Assembly (NCBI GenBank): GCA_002633005.1
Contig: NMRA01000522.1
Location: 180,331 to 244,330 of the forward strand
From: Phoronis australis
Taxonomy: Eukaryota > Animalia > Phoronida
Length of the DNA stretch: 64,000 bases
Direction of reading: 5' to 3'
In this document: positions 39,231-51,166 of the stretch, piece after piece
Layout of the letters: each line of letters opens with the position of its first letter
Position numbering within the stretch: the stretch's first letter is position 1
Notes under the pieces: generated by a model
The model's database searches: none
Seen by the model: only the letters and a program-made list of their open reading frames with translations
Told to the model about the DNA's origin: nothing
Position numbers and translations under genes: made by a program

Positions 39231-40364
39231 TAAATACACTTACTAAATTTAGTAAAGATCCTGCAGCTATGGGCGCAAAACAAAACTACCACTAGGAGGC
39301 GCCACAGTAGTCAGTCACCATCATCAAAGGTCGTCTTCACCCTGAGAACATTTTTGCCAATTTTCAAATGATTTAGTTGATACAGGGGTGGACGCCAAAA
39401 ACAAGATTTGAAAACAGCAAAAATGGCCACTAGAAGGTGCAAAATACCTCGACTCCATCCAAAAACAGGCAGATAGCGTCATCACACCAATAGATGCCTA
39501 TATTTAAAATTTGATGAAAATCTGTTGAAGACCTTTGAAGATAAAGAGTTAAACGTAAAAAACTAAAATTGCCACAAGGGGGCACAGCAGTAGTCAGATG
39601 TGTCTAAAAGTCGTAGTCATCTGTAGTCAACATCATATAAATACACTTGCTAAATTAAGTAAAGATCCTGCGAACGGTTTAGGAGATACAGCCATAAGCG
39701 CAAAAAAAAACGCCACTAGGAGGCGCCACAGTAGTTGAAATCGTCGGAAAATCATCGGCAACCGTCCTCTTTATAGTAAGCACATAAATGTCAATTTTCA
39801 CCATCATCCTTTGAGCGGTTTGGTTGATAGAGGGGTGGACGCACAAGAAAACAGACACGATGAGTAAAAATGGCCACTAGGTGGTGCAAACTACGTCGAG
39901 TCCGTACAAAAATGAGAGGATTGTGTCATTTCACTAATAGGTGCCAAAATACCAAATTTCATGAAAATCCGTTAGGGACTTTTGAAGATACAAAGGTAAA
40001 TGTAAAAAAACTAAAATTGCCACTAGAGGGCACACCGGTAGTTGGATCCGTTCAAAGGTTTGCTCATGCCGTCCCATCCACGAAAGGAACACATGTGCAA
40101 AATTTCATGAACATACCTCAATCGGTTTTGGAGATAGAGTAGCGGACGCCAGACAGACACTGCCCGCCTGGACGGACGGACAGACATAGATGACGACATA
40201 ATGCGTCTACACATAAATATGTGGGCGCATAAAAATGCAGAATTCCTGCCAAAAAACTTTCGTTGTCAATGAATTCCCAGAAATACAAGAAGCTTTGGCG
40301 CAAAGCTATATACTAATATGCAGCTTCAAGCAGATGTGGGTAAAAAAGGACCAGGTAAAATCTC

Positions 40365-40985
40365 ACACAAAATTAGTGTCATTAAACACTACATTCTTCT
40401 TGGAGTACACTAAATTATTTACCGTTGTTGAATAAATTGGTCTTCTACCGTTATTCTACTGCTAAAATTGCGTCAGCTTTCGGCGACATGAAATATTGCG
40501 TCACCCATTGGCCAGTTTCTTTTTCCGCCGATTCTAGAATCAACTATTGTTCTTTCACGAGGTTCCGAACACATCCCAACAAATTATCGCAATGTTTCAC
40601 ATTATTATTAGTTTTTAATATTTTAACACCAGCAAACAGAATTTCAGAACAAGTTTTGCTGCTTCTAAGCTGTCATCATCTCCAGAGAGATTTCGCAAAA
40701 CTTTAGGAAATGGCGCATGTGCGTGTCCCAAGCCTACTGTTTTCAAAACGACGAAATACTTTTCCTTGTTGCAAAAGGCGGAAAATTACTCAAGAAAATG
40801 ATGTTAATTAGATTGTTCTTCGCTTAAACTGCTGTAATGGGTATGGTGATTGTCGGTTGACTCCAAAATTTTGCATGCACTCTTGCTGGCCTTTAGCTCT
40901 ACATGTATAGATTCACGTTGAGGTGACGAGCAGAACTACTTGGGCTGTGTGGACTTTCGAGGTCTGTCGGAGCTCATCCCACAGT
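40365..40985. repeat. Dispersed ~600-bp repeat, direct copy of 42941-43530
   Basis: cacaaaa.tagtgtcattaaa.actaca ... gaaatattgcgtcacc.attggccagtttc ... gaggtgacgagcagaactac occur in both copies. Confidence 0.8.
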
Positions 40986-41479
40986 GGTACCTAGATAGGC
41001 TGTATCTTGAAGCCAGGGCCGCCCTTTCTGCCTTCTCTTGTTTTGCTTATGATCTGCGGTTTCTCTTTTCCACCGTAGTTTACTTAGAAGGAGGGCGAAC
41101 TCCCTCCAAAAACGTCACATTGTTCTGCTTGACAAATGAAAACGAGAGAACCCAAGACGATAGCACGTGCACCAATCATGCACAACTCAACGTGCGTATC
41201 ATGATTCTGCCTTGTGTGTGGACTAGAACAGTTTTCAAGGGGTGAGGTACTCAGTCTTGCTAGTGGCCTACTGAGTAACGTTGTACTGTACTGTACTGCT
41301 ACATCATTTGGCTGGACCAAAATACGGAAAAATAGCCTTTGCACCTGGAAATCTTATGACCGCACCAAGTCTCTATACGATCAATCTAGCTAAAAAATTG
41401 CAATACTTTATATTGCTAATAACAATAACAAGGACAATCATTGTATTTATATGTGATTTCAATGTTATTATTTATTAAA

Positions 41480-41733
41480 TTTTATAAAAATCCCTTGAGG
41501 ACCTCCGAAGATACAGAGGTAAGCATAAAAAACTAAAATTGCCCCTAGGGAGCACACCCGTAGTCGGAGAGGTTCGAAATTTGTTGTTGTCCGCTGTCGC
41601 CATCATAGGAACACATCTTTCACATCTCATCAAGATCCTGTGAGGAGTTCAGAAGATACAGCTGCAGACGCCGGACGCCCAGACAGAGATGACAACAATA
41701 TGCGACCACATGTAAATGTTGGCACATAAAAAC
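41480..41733 (-). mobile_element. HINE-like terminal fragment
   Basis: Core unit followed by ggacgcccagacag..ccacatgtaaatgttggcacataaaaa, matching the HINE end. Confidence 0.65.
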
Positions 41734-42020
41734 CTTCTGAATAGCAGGGTATGAGTGAGGTAAAAGTGCTTCTAACCAGGACATGATCTTTTTGTCAGTA
41801 GGAGAGAATTTTTGGGGCTTGGTGAAAATTTAACTCAACTTTCAAATATGAACAATCCAAAATAGAGGCATCAGGGGCCCTGAAATCATATTTCTGTTAC
41901 ATAATCAGACTTAAAATGCATGGTTCCATTGCCTGGAGTTTGGCATTTAAAAGATATTTGAAGACATGTGAATGTTAGTAATGCCAGTGTGCAGTTACCT
42001 TGACTCAGATATTGACTCAC

Positions 42021-42167
42021 CTTTAATTTGGGAGATTACATCTGACAAATATTTCTTCAAAGTCTCATCAGTTGTCACTAGTAACGTCAACCCATACTTG
42101 TTAACTCTTGAAAATGTTTCTGGTGGATAAATGCCTCTCTGGTACAGTATGCTATTTACACCATAAT
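42021..42167 (-). CDS. MAD2L1: Mad2 exon 2 (147 nt)
   Basis: tttttgcag| ... |gtgagt, phase 1-1. YGVNSILYQRGIYPPETFSRVNKYGLTLLVTTDETLKKYLSDVISQIK contains the Mad2 NSILYQRGIYP signature. Confidence 0.97.
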
Positions 42168-42940
42168 CTGCAAAAATTGTTCAACATACAGAGGTGGCTG
42201 GGCAAATTCATGTCTATACTGGTCTAAAGCCTAGCTGACTAGATTTGGCCAGTACATTGAAGAAAGCATGAACATTATGCTAAAAGGGGCATATCATTTT
42301 TAATCGCTAAACCAAACATAAAATGTAAACCAGGATATCTAACCACATAAAACATGTATTAAGTGACCCATAACAAGACAAATCACCCACCTGAATGGTT
42401 GGCCAACTCAAACAGGAACAATTTAACTCCACTACAAATTTAAATAGAGTTACAAACATTAATTGTATGAACAAAACCTATTTATTTACTAGCACTGTTT
42501 TCAATTAAAGGAGGTCTTCAGGGAACTTCTACTCACAAAGAAACTTAAATAACAGCACATCCTAATCAAGTCTATACGACAGATTTTCGGCAAATTACAC
42601 TTAACCTTGGCTAAAATATCACAAATACATTACTGTTTGTACCTTTCGAGTGTAAATGGACACCTTTGGAGGCAACTGGAGTCTTTAAATCCTCCCAACT
42701 TGAACAGCAACTACCACTATCAAGATTTTTTATCAAATATTCCTTTTTTCCATCAACAAAATTGTGAAGACTGAATGGCATTGTAGTCAATGTGCTTAAC
42801 ATTGGAAACATACAGATTGAGGTTTATGGGTATGTTACTCATCTGCCAATCACGCCGAGAGGTAGCCATGATGCAAAACTGTTTACTAAATACACAGCTC
42901 TGCTCCGATGTCGGAAAAAAACTGACCAAATAATATTTGA

Positions 42941-43530
42941 CACAAAACTAGTGTCATTAAAAACTACACTCGTCCTCGAGTAAACTAAATTATTTACCAA
43001 TGATGGAAAAATTGGAGTTCTACCGTTATTCTGCTGCTAAAATTGTAAAGCAATCTTTTGCATTGCATGATTTTCCGCACCACGAAATATTGCGTCACCT
43101 ATTGGCCAGTTTCTTTTTTCGCCGATGCACGTCACAACAAATTATTGGAACTAGTTTCACTTAATTATAAGTTTTTTGAACTTTGATACCAGTAAACCGA
43201 ATTTCAGAACAAAGTTTGCTGCTGCAGAGCAGTCACGGTCTCCCGAGAGATGACGCAAACATTTAGGAATGGCCCATGCATGTGTTACGAGTGTAATGTT
43301 TTCAAAACAACATACTTTTTTGTTACAAAAAGCTGAGAATTACACAAGAAAATGATGTTTGTTAGATTGTTTTTCACTATAACGGGCAAGGTGTCAGTTG
43401 ACTCCAAGATTTTGCATGCATCCCTGTCGGTCTTTAGCTTTACATGTTGATACAAGTTTTCCGGCGAGGTGACGAGCAGAACTACCCGGTTGTGTGCTAT
43501 ATTTTGAGGTCTGTCACAGCTCAACACACA
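42941..43530. repeat. Second copy of the ~600-bp dispersed repeat
   Basis: Colinear with 40365-40985. Confidence 0.8.
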
Positions 43531-43809
43531 GTATGACGTCATATCCCCTGGTGTGCGCTGTATAAAAATGACGAGTTACCGATTTTGGGAACTGCATGAG
43601 GGACTACTCGAAGAAAAAGTTTGTTAACGGAAGTATTTGGTTGAGTTGGAAGGAGTTAGAGACATCGGCAGCCTCCTAAGGTGTCCCTATATGCGCATAA
43701 GGTATTTATGAAGTGTCTGTGATGTTATAGTCGGTGTGAGGCATAATTTGCCAAAAAGCTTCCGGTCTATGAAGCCCCTACAGCAGCCACATCGCCTCTA
43801 CACTAGAGA

Positions 43810-44416
43810 TAGGCAACATGTATCCCCTCGGTTGGACGGTTAGGGGCTACAATACTTCCCATCGCTTTCTGTATTAATTTTGTCCCGTGTATTTTAATTG
43901 GGCGGTAGGCAAAATCTGCTCACCGAGTTTTCACCTCCTCAAAAATGCATTCTACACTAAAAACTATCACTTAAAAAAGCGCTTACTTTCTTCAGTGGTC
44001 CTTTCTACTTCTACACATATCTTCAGTGAAGAATGGGCACGAGAATGTGTTAATTATAACTCCATGTTCCAATATGCATGGTTTATTTGATTTTATTTGC
44101 TGTATTTTAAAGTGAGTAACTTTTTGTGGGGATGTACTATCGCCCCTGTATGCCTGCGGCATCCAGGGTGATGTAATTGCCTGTATCGTGTATAGATAGT
44201 TCAGTAGAAAGGACCAATGTCAATGAAGAAAGTAAGCGCTTTTTTAAGTGATAGTTTTAAGAGTGGAATGTATTTTTGACGAGGTAAAAACTCAAAGTCG
44301 GCGGCTGGATTTGGCCTACTGCCGGTTTAAAATACATGGAACGAAATGCGAACTGAAAGCGATGGGAAGTATTGTAGCCCCTAACCAGCCAACCGGCGTG
44401 GGGTACATGTTGCCTA
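43810..44416. mobile_element. Inverted pair of TAGGCAA-family elements forming a ~200-bp-arm foldback
   Basis: 43810-44005 is the approximate reverse complement of 44205-44416. 44130-44183 is the reverse complement of 14116-14170. Confidence 0.75.
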
Positions 44417-45078
44417 GCCAAGGCTAGGGCTAGTTAGCTCATATACAGCATAGACTCCAAGCACATGTTATGTAAGTCCATGTAATCAACAACTGTTATA
44501 CAATTTTTGACAATATAACCAAGTATTTGGTAATTGTTTACAATATGACGACATTGACTTACACATATGATTTTGGTATCTTTCGATTCCTTGCAAAGTT
44601 ATCTTTCCAAAAATACACAGGAAATTTTCCTACCCCGTTCCCTAAGTGTTTTATCGTGAAATTTTTTTCTCGCACTAGTTCCAGGTACTCTGTAGTAATA
44701 CCGCCATGTTGAATGGAAGGAGTCCCCTGGCAGTCAAAAACTGAACTAATCTTCCGCGACTTTTGCAGATGGTCACTTTTCAGAAGTTCAAACTGACCGA
44801 GACNACTTACAACAATGTTGATTGGACGATATGACTATGTAGAAGTTCACTTGATTGGTTACATTGCAGATGCTCATTTGTTGTATCTCAAATCACGAGA
44901 ATGAGTCCGGGGGTTAGCCCTTCAGTGTCGCAGGCATTAGGCGAACTCACAAGTGTGAGTGAAACCTGAGTCATCACCAGTACATATTACATATGGTTAT
45001 CCTCTAATGCTTCTGCTCTGGTCATATCAATACGCTTGCAGTAGATTCGTGATAATTCTGTGAGCAAGCGACCGGTCT

Positions 45079-46047
45079 CAGTGGCGGATCTAGGACATCA
45101 AAAGGGTGGCCCAACATTTTGTCTGTAAGCATTTGCGCAAACGGCCACGATTGTAGATGCGCATAGCACCGAATAGGGGGGAGATCGGGAGGGGGATTTG
45201 CCCCCCATCCCGGCCAGGAAATTTTTCTGTTTTTTCCTCTAAAAATCAAGCATTTTCATTGATTCCTGGAGTATTATCCAAAATAGGCAAAAAAAAAACG
45301 GAAAACGCGTGAAACAGGGAAAACTGCAGATACCACACACTCGAATTCACGACATGGCGGATAGAGCGCGCGTGCCTTACCACTACACCACGACGATTTA
45401 GCTACTAATCTTATACTAAGAGATCGACTTGTTTATGGCCGGGTCCACAGCGTTTGCGCGCGAAAACTACTTCATTTTGTAATGCTTATTACACGTTTTA
45501 TATTTTGAGCAATCGGTTCGTAACAAATTTGTTGTATTTAAAATAGTCTTCAATTGGCCAAAAGACCAAATCCGTTTTTCGTGCTGGCAATGACGGGATT
45601 GCTTTGGAAATCGTCTTAAGTCAGTTTGACAAAGAGAGAATTATGAGTTTCTGAGTGATTCACTAAAGCTTCGATTAAAATTCACATCTTACCAGCAGCT
45701 TCTGTTTTTTCATCGTCACTCAGGTTCCATTTTCTTTAAAAAATGACGTAATTTTCTTCATTGCACAGTAGAGCAGACGACGGAAACGGAGTCGTAGTGC
45801 GCCGGCAGCACTACTGCCGGTCGCCTGGGATATCGCGAGAGAGCCTATATTTAGCCGTAGTTCCGTTACGATTGCGCCGTGTTCCGAATTTGACACTTGA
45901 AATTGGATCTGATCCCCCCAACACTAAAACTGCACACATTTAAATCTTGTTTCATCCGTATAATTTTAATTACCGGGTTAATTAATAAACCCAACATTTC
46001 CCTGCGCTCTTGCTGTTTTACTTTTTTGCGGCAGCCAAGGGGGGGGG
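45079..46047. mobile_element. hAT-like element
   Basis: Starts CAGTGGCGGATCTAGG. Body matches 33765-34391. Ends in poly-G at the N at 46048. Confidence 0.7.
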
Positions 46048-49000
46048 NCTATGGGTCTTCTCCATGATGCCAGCGACTCCGGGTACTGAGTCATAACCCG
46101 AATGCCGTAACGCGCGTGTGCCGGTCTTGAAAGTCTAAAAATGACCCTTTGTCAAAAAATTTCGTTGAAAAATGATGCCAAAATTTCTGGCGACTGCCTC
46201 CAAGGTATCTGCAAAATAAGCACGTTCAGTCTTGTGGTGGGAAGAATTGACGATCACCAGTGCCGGGGGCGCTGTGTGGATTATTACGCTCAGTGACTTT
46301 ACCAGACGTACAGGGTTGTGAGCGTGTGATAACATCTAGCTCCTTTGTTACCTGCCAAGCACAGTCTTTCGTCTGGTATGACAACAGGCAGGTCAATTAT
46401 CTACTAGGCTTTTTATAGACAACGTGTGAACGCAGTCAAACCCAGAGTGAATTAATCATTCCGTGAATAATACGCTTACAAGGAAGTCACGCATTTCTAA
46501 AGATATGCGTGAATTTTCACCGCTCGTCCTTCTGAGCGGCTTGTACCAGGATCAAAGAGAGCGCAGCGCCGGAATCAGGTACAATTGTGATGACCGCAGT
46601 GCCCGATGCGAGCAAGACCCAATTAAATGTAATTACCCAGCCATAAACTGCATTAGACATCTCTGACGGTAAGTAATGGCGAATTTTCAAAATGCATTAG
46701 CCTTACTAATTTTCGTTATAAACGAACACCACGGACGGCGGTATTCAGCTGCCGGAAAACAACCGTTTTCGATTTTTAAAAATCGATGAACTAACAATCT
46801 AAAAACTACTACAATTGGGTACGATTGAAGATAAACTACCCCCCCGTATTGATACACTCTGTGGATATACAAACGCTGATCAGAGTTAACACTATCGCAT
46901 GGATTCATTTTTAATATTCTTTCAATCTTTTAACCAAATTTTTACCAGGAAACTTTTCATTTTTATTACTGACAAAGAGCTAGAATAGTTATATAGTCAG
47001 TGCCACCGAAATTGTCCAGAGATTCCAAATCTTCAGTTTGGTTATCACCATATTTGCACTTTTGTATATATTTTATGATTTGAGTTCTAATAAAGATTAA
47101 ACATTGATGACACGTGAAATGTTTAGTGTACCTGTAGTAAGTTTAGGGATGCGCTCACAATGAACTTAACTAATTAAGTTTAGCTGGCGATCAAAATCTA
47201 CCACTGTTTTGGTACTTCAAGTTCAAAACTTAGATAAAAAGTTATCAACCCGTTCCCGGTAAGAAAAAAAAACAGGTGGGCAGAAGCATTAAAAATTGAA
47301 TAAAGAAAACCAACATGAAACTTATCTTGCCTTTGGGAAGTGGCCTTTTGCGAAGACAAACACAAGTTAACCTTTTTAGTAATTTTGTAATATTTATAAT
47401 GTACCAAGTTAAAACTACTCTTCAGAGTTGCAGGCAAATGTCAGAGAAAAACCAAATTGGGGGTACTAAGAACAACCATTGTTGAGACATTAATGATAGC
47501 TATTACCTAGCTTTTCACTTCATTAGCTCAGGTCTACTTCAATACAAAGGACGTGTTGAATGGGCATCGCAAAAGTAGTCTGGAGCTTAGGAAATCAGAG
47601 CGGTCACCAGTGTAAACGAGAAATTTTCCACATGATTGGTAGGCCTACATTCGCCGGAAAGAATAGGTTGTCGTAACTTATATAGTTGTAGTTGGGCGAT
47701 TTTGGCGATTCAAGAACTAAACATAATCAAAATTTGACGAGGAATTCACTGATGTTATTGGTTTATGTTCAGATATGTTATAACTCAATTAACTTTTATT
47801 TTTAACAGCACAGCCCAGTCAAGCTTGACGAGAGATTAGAGCAAAAGAGAGCTGGCCCTCCAACCATAAATGCCAGAATGGAGTAAATCAGCCGTGTAAG
47901 ATATTGGCTACGGGAGTTATCTTCCCACCTTGTTGAGTTATAGAATCGAACAAGTTGGGATCAACGGGAAAACGCCGTCATGAGGGCCGGGAATGGCTGC
48001 CGGAAATTTGGGACCACCATATGGGCAACAAGAGTTTGTATCCCCCAATATTGTTTTCCATCCTAAGGACCTGACTTGGCTTAGAGGGTGTGGAAATTGT
48101 CACTGAACAGTACAAGGTGACGAAGCAAATTTAATGAACTTGACACCGTGCTTCGACGCTGCTCGGCCGCCTCCGCCGAGTGTACAGTCATGATCTCTAC
48201 TTTAGCTTACGGTATATACCGTATATATATTGAAGGGGAATTATTGGTTTTGGGCCTAAAAACGCATCTTTGGTTTATTGTTGGGTGGGATAGACACTAT
48301 AGAAATGATTTACCTATGGACACTGAATAAAACAACCAATCCAGTTCGTTTTGGATTTCACGATTACAAATCACCAATTCTTGCAGTTATTCGCTAGATG
48401 TTCGCTGAAATCAAGGCCAGTGACTACCCGTTTATGGAGTGGTTGTTAAGCTCCGCCACCAGGTGAAGCATATATAGTGGGGTTAGTAAGCTCCGCCCGG
48501 CGACTGGAGCAGCCGAGCATTAGACTGCAATCAGATCCGCAAGACTGGTTGGCAGGTTCGTCATCGCGGTGAGGCTAATCTTAGAAAATCATTTTTCCAT
48601 TGTCATTTTAAAGTGTAAATACGAAAAGACATTCCAGATTGTTGAAAATATGGTGAAATAACCATCCGCTGTGCCATTCTTAAATTCGGAAACTTTCGTT
48701 GTTGTCTGACTGGCAATTAACTGAACTACAAGACAAATAACCCGGCCTGTCACGCTTATTTTCACCTCGAAGTGAACAACATTTTTGTACACTTTCGAGG
48801 CGCGGGGGATGAACGTACACTCGTGGAATTGTCAAAAATCGTAAACAGACTCCGGTAAGTAATGTGATGAAACTGTCATGAGTTCCCTTGTCACTTAATA
48901 GGCCGCTGTTTTAAAAAAAGTAAACCGAGTTACGCCGCTTACACAATTGTGACCGTAATTTTACGCCGTCAAGAAATAAATTATGAGCGTGATTTTATGC

Positions 49001-49689
49001 CGCAAAGAATTAAATTTAATATATATAATTACGAGCATAATTTTACGGCGTCACCGGCTTTCCCCCAACGGTACATCAAAGGATCAGTGTAATTGTTTAT
49101 TTTCAAGCGGTAATGTGTACACAACCTGCAATGTAATGCTGACGTTAAAGAATTGGTATATTGTGCTCGTGCTTGCATTGACAACTTCCAAGCAAGCTTT
49201 CTATTAAGAATCAAGTTAAGTTACCTACAATTTCATAAATTTGTGATTACGATGGACCTGAAGGCGAGAGGCCTCGAAGTGCTCCTCTTTAAGTGGCTAT
49301 AATAGGGCTCCCTGGTGTAGCACAAATAATAAAATAGGCTCAGGTGTGTAAGAAAAAGTTTTATTTGAGGAGGTATAGTCACAGTCTCAAATCAATTGTT
49401 CAACAAAGTTGTTGACAGGATCATTACTATCACCGTTAATGACATAGTTTTGCCCAAAAAACGAATCAGATATGCAATATTTTTTCAATCAAGCTGACCT
49501 TCCAGGCTCTATAAAAAGCGTTCTATGCCAAAATTTGGTACCAGTATTAAAATTTGAACTATTTTCAGCTATCTTATCTACAGTAAAAACTGTCCCTTCA
49601 AAGTGGGTAATTTTTTGTTTAGACCACTTGAAAATCTATAAAAAAATTATTACTAACTCAGATAAGAAATAGTTCCTGAGATTGAAAAA

Positions 49690-49802
49690 GTAACCAAGCT
49701 TATGTTGATCAGAAAGGGGAGATCTCAAAGGTAACCAAGGTTATGTTGATCAGAAAGGGGAGATCCCAAAGGTAACCAAGGTTATGATGATCAGAAAGGG
49801 GA
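49690..49802. repeat. ~41-bp tandem repeat x2.7
   Basis: gtaaccaag(g/c)ttatg(t/a)tgatcagaaagggg. Confidence 0.9.
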
Positions 49803-49828
49803 AATAACAATAAATTTCAATTAGTCCG

Positions 49829-49834
49829 TTTATT
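49829..49834 (-). promoter_or_regulatory. Candidate polyadenylation signal for the membrane-protein gene
   Basis: AATAAA on the minus strand ~1.3 kb downstream of the 51.1 kb exon, after a T-rich UTR-like tract. Confidence 0.35.
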
Positions 49835-51110
49835 AAAAATATATCCAAAATACACTTGAGTCACACTTGTTAACAATCCCTATGTCTGTCTGCTTTTAGT
49901 CACATTAACAAAAAGGTTCAGTTCAAAGTCAACAAATGGTCAACATATAAGTAGACAATTAAACAAAAAATATACAGTTCAAAACTGTACAAAACACTGA
50001 CATAGAACAGTACTAAACTCTACATAAGACGCAACTGTTGCATACATCCATGGGAGCACATCCCAGGTGAGAAACAACATGACCACCTGACTCAAAACAT
50101 GACCACCAGTCCTCCAATTCAGACCAACTCGCCACAAAACAGGACCTGAGTAACATTGCCATTATGGGCTTAAACACTAATATGGTACAGGGAAAGGGTT
50201 GAATGACATGCTACAAAAATAGTCATAAAAGGAATGATAACAATACAAGAATAATGTGCCTTTCCGAATATTGCATGTATCTAAATATCTTGCTTCAAAT
50301 CACAGACCAAGAAAACAGCAGCAGCACCAAGTCAGGCCGTGGTGGTGCTACAACTAATCCCTATTTAAATATATTTTAAATGTATTTTTCATCCCCAATA
50401 ACCAGCGCCCTCTTTAGTTTAAAGTCATCATTATTCGGTCAGGGTGCACTGAACACACACACAAACACACCAGGGTTATACTACATACATTACACCATGT
50501 ATAAGGCACAATTGTAACTTTTGCTGTGAAATGGTGTTTACAAGCAGTGAAAACTGTTCTTTCTAATACCAACTTCAATAAAGCAAAAAGACAGCTACAT
50601 AACACTAACATGAACTAGTGCAATTGGTCAGGACTCTACAATTTGTTGCATAATAGACACTACATAGAATATCTAACAAAAATATTATCATTAGTCATAA
50701 TACTGGTAAATAAAACCAATCTACAGTATTTTGATATCTATGACATCCATTGGTAAATATTAAATCTTGCCAGACATCCTGATGAAAGGGTAAAAAGAGA
50801 TGCAATACCGGTGATCACTTTCAGTGCTATGGGTTGCTGTAAACTTGAGACATCCCTGGAACAAAGTTGATGGCAATGATAAAATTGACAATGAAACTTT
50901 TCATGGCCTCAAAATATGGACAACGTAATTTAAAATCTATTTTCAACACACCATTAAAACAGTTGGATAACCCTTGTGACTATGTGTTGCTCTAAAATAT
51001 GTGCAACAGAGCTAGCACATCAGAGAATATCAATTAATTGCTCTGTTCATCATAAATTTGAAACAAAAATATCAACTTGTGAGAATTTAAATATACTAAG
51101 TAACATCTCA

Positions 51111-51166
51111 TTACCTTGCTGATTTCCAGTGTCCTCCACTTCTTCCTGGAGGTCTATAGACTGGAC
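51111..51166 (-). CDS. Candidate distal or alternative C-terminal exon of the membrane protein
   Basis: Strong acceptor ttgtctcccttcag|GTCC. Open in two frames: GPVYRPPGRSGGHWKSAR* or VQSIDLQEEVEDTGNQQ. Donor-like AAG|gtaatg at 51115/51114. Confidence 0.55.

Larger units (their letters stand above)
35410..40235 (-). mobile_element. HINE-like element (same family as 16928-18182), split by a nested insertion
   Basis: 35410-35683 plus 39233-40235 rejoin to the 16928-18182 sequence. Same ACAAG end, GGAC microsatellite and GTGGGCGCATAAAAA end. Confidence 0.85.

Noticed and set aside
42537-42560. Mini-exon MCCYLSFF|gtgagt upstream of MAD2 exon 2
   Set aside because: Phase 0, so it hits a stop in exon 2. 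No real similarity to Mad2.
44563-44707. Possible MAD2 exon 1 (AACATGGCG start, ITLQG, phase-1 GTAAGT donor, ATG just before the donor)
   Set aside because: Four in-frame stops follow the first ATG and there is no GSAE..EFF match. Another frame resembles a decayed THAP (YRVPG..FH.DKTLRER..KIIC), pointing to a TE remnant.
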